Source of the DNA: Chloroflexota bacterium
GTDB lineage: Bacteria; Chloroflexota; Dehalococcoidia; Lucifugimonadales; Australimonadaceae
DNA: 64,000 nt
Assembly (NCBI GenBank): GCA_009838965.1
Contig: VXQP01000084.1
Span: 15,819-79,818, forward strand
Direction of reading: 5' to 3'
Shown here: in pieces, positions 33,198-40,662 of the stretch
How positions within the stretch are numbered: the first letter of the stretch is position 1
Layout: each line of letters starts with the position of its first letter
Translations under genes and position numbers: made by a program
Notes under the pieces: model-generated
Database searches by the model: none
The model's input: the letters and a program-made list of their open reading frames with translations, nothing else
What the model was told of the DNA's origin: nothing

Positions 33198-34073
33198 ATG
33201 ACCACCCGCGCCACATCCGTATGGACACCCCTGCGAGCGGCTGCCGTTGCGCTGCTCGTGCTTGCGTTCGCCGCCTGCGAGAGCGCGACGCCCACCCCGG
33301 TGTCGGTGCCCACGAACACGCCGGTTCCAGCTCCGACCGACACCCCTGCCCCGGTTCCCGCCGACACGCCGACGCCGGCCCCCACCAACACCCCGACGCC
33401 CGTTCCGGAGCCGACCGACACCCCCGACCTGCTGGCTGGGGCAGGCACGGTCGAGGGTGTGCTTGCACAGCCGACTCCGACGCCGGAGCCGCAGCCGACC
33501 GACACGCCCACGCCGACACCAAGGCCGCGCCCAACGAACACCCCGACACCGAGGCCGCAACCTACCGACACGCCCACGCCCGTTCCCACAAACACCCCTA
33601 CTCCCGAACCTGCGCCTGCAAGCAGCTGGCGCACCGACATCGCCACCGGCTCTGGCATAGGCGACCGCGCAACCGACGCCCCGTTGACCCTCCCGGACGG
33701 CTCGACGGCCACCATCGAATCCACAGCCGGAGGCAAGACCGTCCTCCTCTACTTCTTCGCCACCTGGTGACCGAACTGCCGCGGCGAGGCTCGCACGCTG
33801 AACACCCTCTACGACAACTACAAGGACAATATTGAGTTCATCCACGTCGCCTTCAACGAGAACGCTTCCAGGCTGGACTCGTACGCCAAGGGAGAGGGCT
33901 ACGACTGGATCTTCGCCGAGGGCCCCGCGTCGCTCGTCCGCGACTACAACGTCCGCTCGCAGTCGTCGTGGGTCTCCATCGGGCGCGACGGCATCATCCT
34001 CAACAGGCGCGGCTACGGCTCGGACGGCGCGTCCTACTGGCGCGGCGTCCTGGACGCTCTCCGCGCCTCGTAA
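33198..34073 (+). CDS. TlpA/ResA-like thioredoxin-fold lipoprotein with in-frame TGA (33768-33770) at the first active-site position: predicted selenoprotein (W-U-P-N-C)
   Basis: Lipoprotein signal LLVLAFAAC, then a Pro/Thr-rich linker of about 120 aa, then KTVLLYFFATW-TGA-PNCRGEARTLNTLYDNYKDNIEFIHVAFNEN...GRDGIILN...LDALRAS-TAA. The frame stays open for 100 codons after the TGA. Only the joined product completes the thioredoxin fold. Confidence 0.7.
33781..33798 (+). promoter_or_regulatory. Candidate bacterial SECIS hairpin downstream of the TGA at 33768
   Basis: GCG-GCGA-[GGC]-UCGC-(A bulge)-CGC: 7 bp with one bulged A. The apical GG lies 21-22 nt from the U of UGA. The 23 nt at 33777-33799 are identical to 34579-34601 in the paralog. 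Confidence 0.5.
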
Positions 34074-34076
34074 TCC

Positions 34077-34124
34077 CCGTCGTTCCTGCGCAGGCCCGCG
34101 TTTTAGCGCGCAACCTCGCAGCCC
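34077..34124 (+). repeat. 48-nt structured repeat, copy 2 (just after the first selenoprotein-candidate stop)
   Basis: ccgtcgttcctgcgcaggcccgcgttttagcgcgcaacctcgcagccc begins 4 nt after the TAA at 34071-34073. It may act as a terminator or REP element. Confidence 0.8.
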
Positions 34125-34188
34125 ACCTATCCCTTGAGGGAGAGGTCACCGCGCAACAGTGCAGCGGGTGAGGGTGACCCCTCCCACA

Positions 34189-34217
34189 TTGACACCCCAC
34201 CCGCCCGCGCCTAGCCT
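34189..34217 (+). promoter_or_regulatory. Candidate promoter for the second thioredoxin-fold gene
   Basis: TTGACA (34189-34194), a 17-nt spacer, then TAGCCT (34212-34217), 20 nt upstream of the ATG at 34237. The -10 box is weak. Confidence 0.35.
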
Positions 34218-34236
34218 TACTCCGAGCAGTGAACGC

Positions 34237-34869
34237 ATGACCACACGCAGCGCATCCATATCGCGCCTCGTCAGGGCGGGGGCAGCCCTGCTCCTGCTGC
34301 TGGCGACGCTCGCTGCCTGCGGCGCCGACCCCACCGCGACACCGGTACCGCAACCGACCCCGACCCCCGAGCCTGAACCGACCGCCACGCCGAAGCCCGC
34401 CGCCTCGGATGGCATGGCCCCCGGAGGCTGGCGCACCGACGTCGCCGTCGGCTCCAACCACGGCGACCGTGCTTTCGATTCATCGATAGCCCTCCCGGAC
34501 GGCTCCACTGCCACCCTCGAATCGGCTGCCGGAGGCCGCGCCGTCCTCCTCTACTTCTTTGCCACGTGGTGACCGACCTGCCGCGGCGAGGCTCGCACGC
34601 TCGACCCCCTCTACGACGACTATAAGGACGATGTCGAGTTCGTCTTCGTCGCCTTCAACGAGAACGCTGCCCAACTGGACTCGTTCGCCAGGGGCGAGGG
34701 CTACGACTGGATCTTCGCTGAGGCTGAGCAGGGCACGCAGCAGGCATACAACATCCGCTCGCAGGCCAGATACGTCGGCATCGGGCGCGACGGCACCATC
34801 GTCGCCAGCAGCGGCGGCGGCTCCGGCAAGGACTGGTCCAGCATCCTCGACCAGCTCAGCGCCACGTAA
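34237..34869 (+). CDS. TlpA/ResA-like thioredoxin-fold lipoprotein, paralog 2, with in-frame TGA (34570-34572): predicted selenoprotein (W-U-P-T-C)
   Basis: MTTRSASISRLVRAGAALLLLLATLAAC (lipobox), a short Pro/Thr linker, then RAVLLYFFATW-TGA-PTCRGEARTLDPLYDDYKDDVEFVFVAFNEN...GRDGTIV...LDQLSAT-TAA (34867-34869). I place the start at the ATG at 34237 by homology with paralog 1. Confidence 0.7.
34583..34600 (+). promoter_or_regulatory. Candidate bacterial SECIS hairpin downstream of the TGA at 34570
   Basis: Same sequence, and the same offset from the UGA, as 33781-33798. Confidence 0.5.
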
Positions 34870-34922
34870 CCCCTTCGTTCCTGCCCCTTCTCGTCATTCC
34901 CGCGAAGGCCGTGGGCCACTCA

Positions 34923-36245
34923 TCACTGCACCAAACCCGGTAGCCACAGGATGATCTCGGGGAAGATGACGACGATCACCATTGCCAGGATGTTGATCAG
35001 TACGTAAGGAACGGCCGCCCAGTACATGTCTATCATGGTCGGCTCATCCTTGGTCGTTCCGGCGACGACACTCTTCAGCACGAAGAGCGTGAGGCCGAAG
35101 GGCGGAGTAAGTCCTCCGTTGTTCAGCCCCATCATGAACAACACCCAGAACCATATGGGGTCGAATCCCAGTGCGGTGGCGATCGGCCCGAAGATCGGAA
35201 TAGCGACTACCATGATCGACACCGAGTCGATGAAGAAGCCGAGAATGAAGATAACCAGGTGCATCACCAACAGGATGACGAGCGGTGATACGTCCAACTC
35301 CGACACGAGCCGCAATAGACCTGTGGTAGCGCCGCTGAGTGCGAGTACCTGACTGAGCGCAACCGCGGCAGCGATGATGAGAAATATCATCCCCGAAACC
35401 TTCGTGGCACCCATCACGGACTCTCGGATCACCTCGAATGTAAGCCGCCGGTAGAGAGCGACCACCGCAACCGCGGCAAGGGCGCCGGTCGCCGCAGCCT
35501 CACTCGGCGTCGTGATCCCAAGAAGGATGAACCCCATGACCATGAAGACGATCAGGAACATCGGCGAGAGTTTTGCCGCACCGGAGATCTTCTCGCTCCA
35601 TGGGGCGGTAGCAGCGCTGTAGGTTGGAGCCAGCGCCGGGTTGAGCTTGACCCGCACCAGGATGTAGATGGCGTAGAGGGCCGCCATCAGCAGGCCCGGC
35701 ATAAGCCCCCCGATCAACAATCGACTGATCGATACCTGGGCGAAGCTTCCCGCGAGCACCATGAGCGCACTGGGGGGAATAACTGATGCCAGCGTGCCGA
35801 TCGAGGCGATAGTGCCCAGGCCCAACCGCTTGTCATAGCCACGGTTGGCCATCTCCGGGTAGAGCGTCGTCCCAAGCAGCGCGGTGTCAGCGAGCCCTGC
35901 GCCGCTCAGGGTGGCCAATCCTGTCCCTGCGGCTATCGAGACGAACAAGAGACGGGCACGGAGTTGCCCGATCCACTTGTCGATGACGTCGATGATCATC
36001 GCGATTACCCGGGACTGGAACAGGACTTCGCCAAGCAGGAAGAACATGGGGATGGCGACAAGCGTGAAGGACGAGACCGAAGAGAAGATGCTGCCGGGAA
36101 TGACCACGAGCCCCTTCGTTCCTGCCGCGACCATTAGCAGTCCAAGGATGTTGGCGCCGGCGAAGGCAAAGGCGACCGGAAGGCCCATCACCATGAAGAG
36201 GACCAACAGGGCGAGAATGACGCCGAGGAAGCCCCACCATTCCAT
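34923..36245 (-). CDS. dctM: TRAP transporter large permease subunit
   Basis: 440-aa polytopic DctM-family protein (MGLPVAFAFAGANILGL...VAIPMFFLLGEVL...). Confidence 0.88.
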   Translation of the reverse strand: MEWWGFLGVILALLVLFMVMGLPVAFAFAGANILGLLMVAAGTKGLVVIPGSIFSSVSSFTLVAIPMFFLLGEVLFQSRVIAMIIDVIDKWIGQLRARLLFVSIAAGTGLATLSGAGLADTALLGTTLYPEMANRGYDKRLGLGTIASIGTLASVIPPSALMVLAGSFAQVSISRLLIGGLMPGLLMAALYAIYILVRVKLNPALAPTYSAATAPWSEKISGAAKLSPMFLIVFMVMGFILLGITTPSEAAATGALAAVAVVALYRRLTFEVIRESVMGATKVSGMIFLIIAAAVALSQVLALSGATTGLLRLVSELDVSPLVILLVMHLVIFILGFFIDSVSIMVVAIPIFGPIATALGFDPIWFWVLFMMGLNNGGLTPPFGLTLFVLKSVVAGTTKDEPTMIDMYWAAVPYVLINILAMVIVVIFPEIILWLPGLVQ

Positions 36246-36295
36246 TCAGTCCCCCTTCAACGCACATTGAGCGCGGGTTGGAGCAGGTGCAGGCT

Positions 36296-36832
36296 TCATC
36301 CCGGCGCCTTCGCGTGTGCCAGGTGGGCGGCGAGGTCCCTGATGCTCCCGCTCAGCATCCGCAGGAATTGGATGGTCATGAGCAGCATCCCGAAGGGCAT
36401 GACCCACCATATCCAGAATTCAGGGAACTTGATCGTGCGGAACAGTATGGTGCCTTCCTGGTAGAGGTCCCACGTGGCGACACCGGTGCGGTGGAAGATG
36501 ACCGCGCTGATAACCGCGCCCATCAGCATGACCACCGGGCGAAGCAGCAACGCCTTCGTCTGGCTCAACCGTTCGGTAACGACCGTCATGCTCACGTGGC
36601 CGCCCTCACGCAGCAGCCACGGCGCGCTCAGGAACGTGATGAACAGCAGGGCGTACTCACTGAAGTCCGTTACCCAGGACGTCGGGTTGTTGAGCACGCG
36701 CCGCATGAATACTTCGTAGCCGATACCGGCTGCCATGAGGCCAACGAGGACGCCACTGAGGTAAGCGCAGCCCTCGAGCAGGCGGTCGAACCACCTGCTC
36801 GAGACTCCGCCAGCCGTTCTCAGCGCTAACAC
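36296..36832 (-). CDS. dctQ: TRAP transporter small permease subunit
   Basis: 178 aa with 4 TM segments. It sits between dctP and dctM and shows the DctQ-like pattern (GYEVFMRRVLNNPTSWVTDFSEY). Confidence 0.8.
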   Translation of the reverse strand: MLALRTAGGVSSRWFDRLLEGCAYLSGVLVGLMAAGIGYEVFMRRVLNNPTSWVTDFSEYALLFITFLSAPWLLREGGHVSMTVVTERLSQTKALLLRPVVMLMGAVISAVIFHRTGVATWDLYQEGTILFRTIKFPEFWIWWVMPFGMLLMTIQFLRMLSGSIRDLAAHLAHAKAPG

Positions 36833-36868
36833 CGTAGGTGCACCTCGCAGTGGGCCATGGCGTGTGCA

Positions 36869-37918
36869 TCAACTACCGGTCAGGCAGGTCAGCGCTTCCT
36901 CGATGCGCGACGCGTACGCCGGGTCGCCGGTGCGGATGTTGTTCTCAAGGTTGGCTTCGTAGAACGTGCTGTTCCACAGCTCCAGGTCTGCTCCGGTGAA
37001 GACGACCTCCTCGAGGCCGGCGGCAAGCAGCGCCTCCCGCTCCCTGTCGGAACTCGCGAACCCCGCCTCGCGGCCGGACACCTGCACCTCGCTGACGGCC
37101 TGGTTGATAATATCCTTCACGTCATCGGGAAGCGCGTTCCAACTGTCCTCATTCGCGAACAGTGCCGACGTCACCTCCGTGAGATCGGGTTTGATCATGT
37201 ACTTCAGCACTTCACCCAGCCCCAGGGCGTCGGCTCCAACTCCGCCGAACATGATGCCGTCGATGACACCCTTCTCGAGGCCGGAGTAGATCTCCGGAAC
37301 GGCGATTGTCACCGTCTCGCCGCCCAGGGTTTCGACGAACGCCTCATAGGTGCCCCCTGAGGCACGCAGCTTCAGCCCGCTGAAGTCGGGAGACGTCATC
37401 GGCTTGGTCGTGTAGACCTTGTTCCCGAACCCCATCGGGAACTCTCCCAGCATCTTGACCCCGATCTGCTCGGAGTAGAGGTCTTCCAACGCGCCCGACA
37501 GGCCGCACGTGCGCCTCTCCTCCGCGGAACCCCTCGCGAGCGACGACGAGATGACCAGGCTGGACTGCCCGGCATGATAACCGGCAGTTGAGAAGTTCAG
37601 ATCGAAGAGGCCGTCCTTCAGAGGCTGGATCTGCTGGAAGGAGGGCACCGCCTCCGGGCCGACCTTGTTGATCACGACCCGGTCTCCGCCGATCCGCGCT
37701 ATGGCGTCGATGACGGGGTCGCCGGATACGACGGTCGCTTCCACTCTCCTGTCCCACGCCATGATGACGTTCAGCTCCACCGGCTCGGGAGGAGGCGTCG
37801 GTGTAGCGGTGGCCACGGGCGCCGGGGTTGGCGTAGGTTCGTCCCCCCCTCCGCATGCGGCGAGCAGCCCCAACAGCAGAACGAACACCGTTGTCAGGAA
37901 GAGAACCCTTCTCAGCAT
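36869..37918 (-). CDS. dctP: TRAP transporter substrate-binding protein (lipoprotein)
   Basis: The ATG at 37918 has GAGGAGG upstream. Signal peptide with lipobox LLGLLAAC, then a Pro/Thr linker and a DctP-family domain. The track start 38014 adds 32 implausible residues. Confidence 0.82.
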   Translation of the reverse strand: MLRRVLFLTTVFVLLLGLLAACGGGDEPTPTPAPVATATPTPPPEPVELNVIMAWDRRVEATVVSGDPVIDAIARIGGDRVVINKVGPEAVPSFQQIQPLKDGLFDLNFSTAGYHAGQSSLVISSSLARGSAEERRTCGLSGALEDLYSEQIGVKMLGEFPMGFGNKVYTTKPMTSPDFSGLKLRASGGTYEAFVETLGGETVTIAVPEIYSGLEKGVIDGIMFGGVGADALGLGEVLKYMIKPDLTEVTSALFANEDSWNALPDDVKDIINQAVSEVQVSGREAGFASSDREREALLAAGLEEVVFTGADLELWNSTFYEANLENNIRTGDPAYASRIEEALTCLTGS

Positions 37919-37955
37919 GATCGCCTCCTCATCCCTGCGGTCACCGCAGGGCAGG

Positions 37956-38912
37956 TCACATCCGCTTGGCACCGAACCAATCGACGTAGTCGCGTACACA
38001 GGCAGGGACATCAAAATGGGGTTCGTACCCCAGGACAGTGCGGGAGCGGTCCAGATTCAAGGCAACCGCATTGAACATGGCGGCGGCATTCGGGTCCGGC
38101 GGCGCGATGCTTGTCTTCGTCTCCGGTACAGCCGCCGCTATGGCCTCGGCCAACTCCTCAGCACTCGTAATCCGCCCCATGCCGATGTTGAACACGCGGT
38201 CGGTGAGGTTGTCCGCCCTCAGGGCGAGGACGGTGCCACGGGCTGCGTCCTTCGAGTAGACCCACTCCAGCGGGCGCGAGGGCACTTCAATCTCACCCTT
38301 CAGCAGAGCGCCCTCGACGAGGTCGCGGAACATGTTGCTGGGCCCTCCGCCTCCACGGCCACTCCACGGACCCGCGATGGCCGCATACCGAACGGCACGA
38401 ACGTCTACTCCGCACCAGGCGGTGTAGTTGGCCGCAAGGCTCTCGACGGCCTGTTTGGTCGCCGCGTAGAAGGTGGAAGGCCGGGGGAATGCTTCTTCGA
38501 AGGCGGGGTCGCCGGAGTCTCCTCCTCCCGTCAGGCTCTGGGCCAGGACTCCCGAGCTCACCACCACTACTCTTTCGACACCCATCGTCCGGGCGGACTC
38601 GAGAACGTTGACGGTGCCCATGATGTTTATCTGGATCGCCCCGTAGGGATTCTGCTGGGCGCCGATCGTGAGCATCGGATACGCCGCGGTGTGCACGACC
38701 CGGTCCGCCTTGCTGTCGCGAAGCGCGCTGACGATGCTGAGTGGGTTGAGGATGTCGCCCTGGATCACCCTGAGCCGGCTGACATCCACGTTCTCGGCGA
38801 GGGACTCCGGCTGGGGCGCGTAGTCGAAGACGGTAACATCCTCGCCGTTGTTGACCAGGATATCAGCGATCTGAGAGCCTACGAGGCCTCCTCCAATCAG
38901 CAGAACCGGCAT
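37956..38912 (-). CDS. NAD-dependent epimerase/dehydratase (extended SDR) family protein
   Basis: MPVLLIGGGLVGSQIA (Rossmann GxxGxxG) and the catalytic YxxxK in YAATKQA. The ATG at 38912 has GGAGGG upstream. The longer track ORF (to 39308) overlaps the amidohydrolase gene. Confidence 0.82.
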   Translation of the reverse strand: MPVLLIGGGLVGSQIADILVNNGEDVTVFDYAPQPESLAENVDVSRLRVIQGDILNPLSIVSALRDSKADRVVHTAAYPMLTIGAQQNPYGAIQINIMGTVNVLESARTMGVERVVVVSSGVLAQSLTGGGDSGDPAFEEAFPRPSTFYAATKQAVESLAANYTAWCGVDVRAVRYAAIAGPWSGRGGGGPSNMFRDLVEGALLKGEIEVPSRPLEWVYSKDAARGTVLALRADNLTDRVFNIGMGRITSAEELAEAIAAAVPETKTSIAPPDPNAAAMFNAVALNLDRSRTVLGYEPHFDVPACVRDYVDWFGAKRM

Positions 38913-38937
38913 CGAACCCTCCGTACTGAGCGGTGCG

Positions 38938-40032
38938 CTAGAGCCTGTAGAACCGCTTCGCGTTCCCCCCCAGGACTGCGGCTTTCTGGTCGTCTGAAAG
39001 CCCGTCGTCGTTAACGGTCTCCTCGATCTCGTCCATGGCGGACTTGAAATCGACCTCGTGGGGGTAGTCGGACGAGTAGGCGAAGGGCTCGATTCCGACC
39101 CTGCCCGCCAGGTACGGCAGCGTAGGGTCAACACCCTCACAGCCGATGAGGATGTTGCCGCCGGCGAGGTACTCTTCCGCCGGGCGAGGTGGCGCCCCCG
39201 AGAATTCGGCTGCTCGTTGTATCCGGTCCAGGGCCAGCGCCACCCATGCGCAGCCGCCCTCGAGGAACGCGACGCGCATGTCCGGGAAGCGTTCGAAGAC
39301 GCCGTCATAGATGAAGGATACGAATGCGTACAAGAGCGGGACGGGGTGGTGGACGATCCCCGAGGTGGTGAGGCTGGTGAACGAGTCGATGCCGATCCCG
39401 ACGTTCGAGCCTCCGTGGACGGCGAGGATGCAGCCCAAGTCTGAGGCTTCCTGGTAGACGGGCCAGTAGTACTCGTGCCCCAGGTGGAGGTCCAGGCCTG
39501 TCGAAGGAAGCATCGCGCCCAGCAACCCCAACTCTTTGACGGCTCGCCTGAGCTCGAGGGCCGCGCGCACGGGATCCTGCATCGGAATCAGCGCGATGGG
39601 ATGGATCCGGCTGTCATACCTCTGGTAGCAGTCCGCCACGTAGTCGTTGTACCCGCGGCACAGGCCGACGACGTAGTCCCTGTTTCTCAGTTTGCCGACC
39701 TGCAGTCCCTCGGTCGTATAGACGACGGTCTCCGCCATGCCTGACTTGTCGAGCAGCGCCTGCCAGTCCTGGGCGGAGCCCATCCGGTGACCGCTGGCGT
39801 TGATCCGCTCTCGGCGGGCGGTTGCATTGTCGCTGGGGACGACGTTCGTGAAATGCAGGCCGTCGAGCGTCCCGAAGAGGCTTGTTTTGCTCAGTTCGAT
39901 GATTGTGCCGATGCCGCCTGTTCCGAGCGCCGTATCCCGGATCGGCGGGTCGAGGAACTCCGCCATCTCCTCGATCGATTCGATGATGTGTCCGTCAGAG
40001 TCCACTATCGTAGGCGTGCTATCGGTTGTCAT
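38938..40032 (-). CDS. Amidohydrolase-2 family protein (ACMSD / metal-dependent decarboxylase-hydrolase like)
   Basis: N-terminal IVDSDGHIIE (metal-binding H-x-H-like), HGG and SDYPH motifs. The ATG at 40032 has GGAGGG 7 nt upstream; an alternative ATG lies at 40056. Confidence 0.78.
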   Translation of the reverse strand: MTTDSTPTIVDSDGHIIESIEEMAEFLDPPIRDTALGTGGIGTIIELSKTSLFGTLDGLHFTNVVPSDNATARRERINASGHRMGSAQDWQALLDKSGMAETVVYTTEGLQVGKLRNRDYVVGLCRGYNDYVADCYQRYDSRIHPIALIPMQDPVRAALELRRAVKELGLLGAMLPSTGLDLHLGHEYYWPVYQEASDLGCILAVHGGSNVGIGIDSFTSLTTSGIVHHPVPLLYAFVSFIYDGVFERFPDMRVAFLEGGCAWVALALDRIQRAAEFSGAPPRPAEEYLAGGNILIGCEGVDPTLPYLAGRVGIEPFAYSSDYPHEVDFKSAMDEIEETVNDDGLSDDQKAAVLGGNAKRFYRL

Positions 40033-40452
40033 CGGAACACCCTCCAGTCCTGTCATCTGAGGGCTACAGGTGCAGCCTTATCCCCTACGGGGTTCACTCT
40101 CGGCCACGTTGTGGCGACGGACTGGTTCCGGCACGGTAGCACCGCGACGTGTTTGCGTCAAATTCAAAAACTGGATGCAGGTGAATCGATATTATCGGTC
40201 TTCAGATATTCGGATATACTGCATCCTCAGTCGAAAGATAGACGAATCACCTGTGTTCCCATTCTGCTGACACCCGCCCCTTTCGTGGTCGCGCCCCAGC
40301 CGCGTACGCTGGTTGCATGAACGTCCTACCCGCAGCACCCACAGACCCCGTCTATGGCTCACAGCAACCCGCCTGCCCCCTATCCCTCTGGGAGAGGGTT
40401 GGAGTGAGGGTGGCTCCGGGGAGAAAAGTGTTTTCGATGGCCCTCTTGGACG

Positions 40453-40564
40453 CCTTGGTCGCGTGAAGCAGGCCACGGCCTTGGAAACACCCCCGACCAA
40501 GGAGACCAAGGGGGCCAGATTGAGTATGCGATTTACTCGCACAGCGACGACCAAGGGGGCCAGA
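40453..40564. repeat. Cluster of GACCAAGG / CCTTGGTC motifs, including a perfect 16-nt direct repeat
   Basis: ccttggtc at 40453-40460, ccttgg at 40479-40484, and gaccaagg at 40495-40502. gaccaagggggccaga occurs at 40504-40519 and again at 40549-40564. The cluster lies 100-210 nt upstream of the second coxS-like gene. Confidence 0.7.
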
Positions 40565-40662
40565 ATTCCGGCAGGTTGGCCCGCTTGGTTGGCGAACGAG
40601 GCGTATCTGCGATAGCATCCGCCGAGCAGGACGCGGCCGGCGCGGGCCGCGAGGGAGGCTCT

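Noticed and set aside
32972-33736. 254-aa minus-strand ORF rich in GVGV repeats
   Set aside because: It is the reverse-complement reading of the Pro/Thr-rich linker (ACN/CCN repeats) of the lipoprotein gene at 33198-34073, so it is not an independent gene.
33768-33770. Alternative explanations for the in-frame TGA: pseudogene, sequencing error, or two separate genes
   Set aside because: The same codon sits at the same active-site position in two diverged paralogs. In both, the downstream frame stays open for about 100 codons and completes the thioredoxin fold. The downstream parts have no start codon or RBS of their own. A conserved hairpin follows each TGA. I cannot fully exclude these alternatives without the rest of the genome (the sel genes) or read data.
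40313-40615. 100-aa plus-strand ORF in the 600-bp intergenic region
   Set aside because: It reads across REP-like modules and the GACCAAGG repeat array (giving TKGAR repeats). It has no RBS or recognisable domain, so it is probably not coding.
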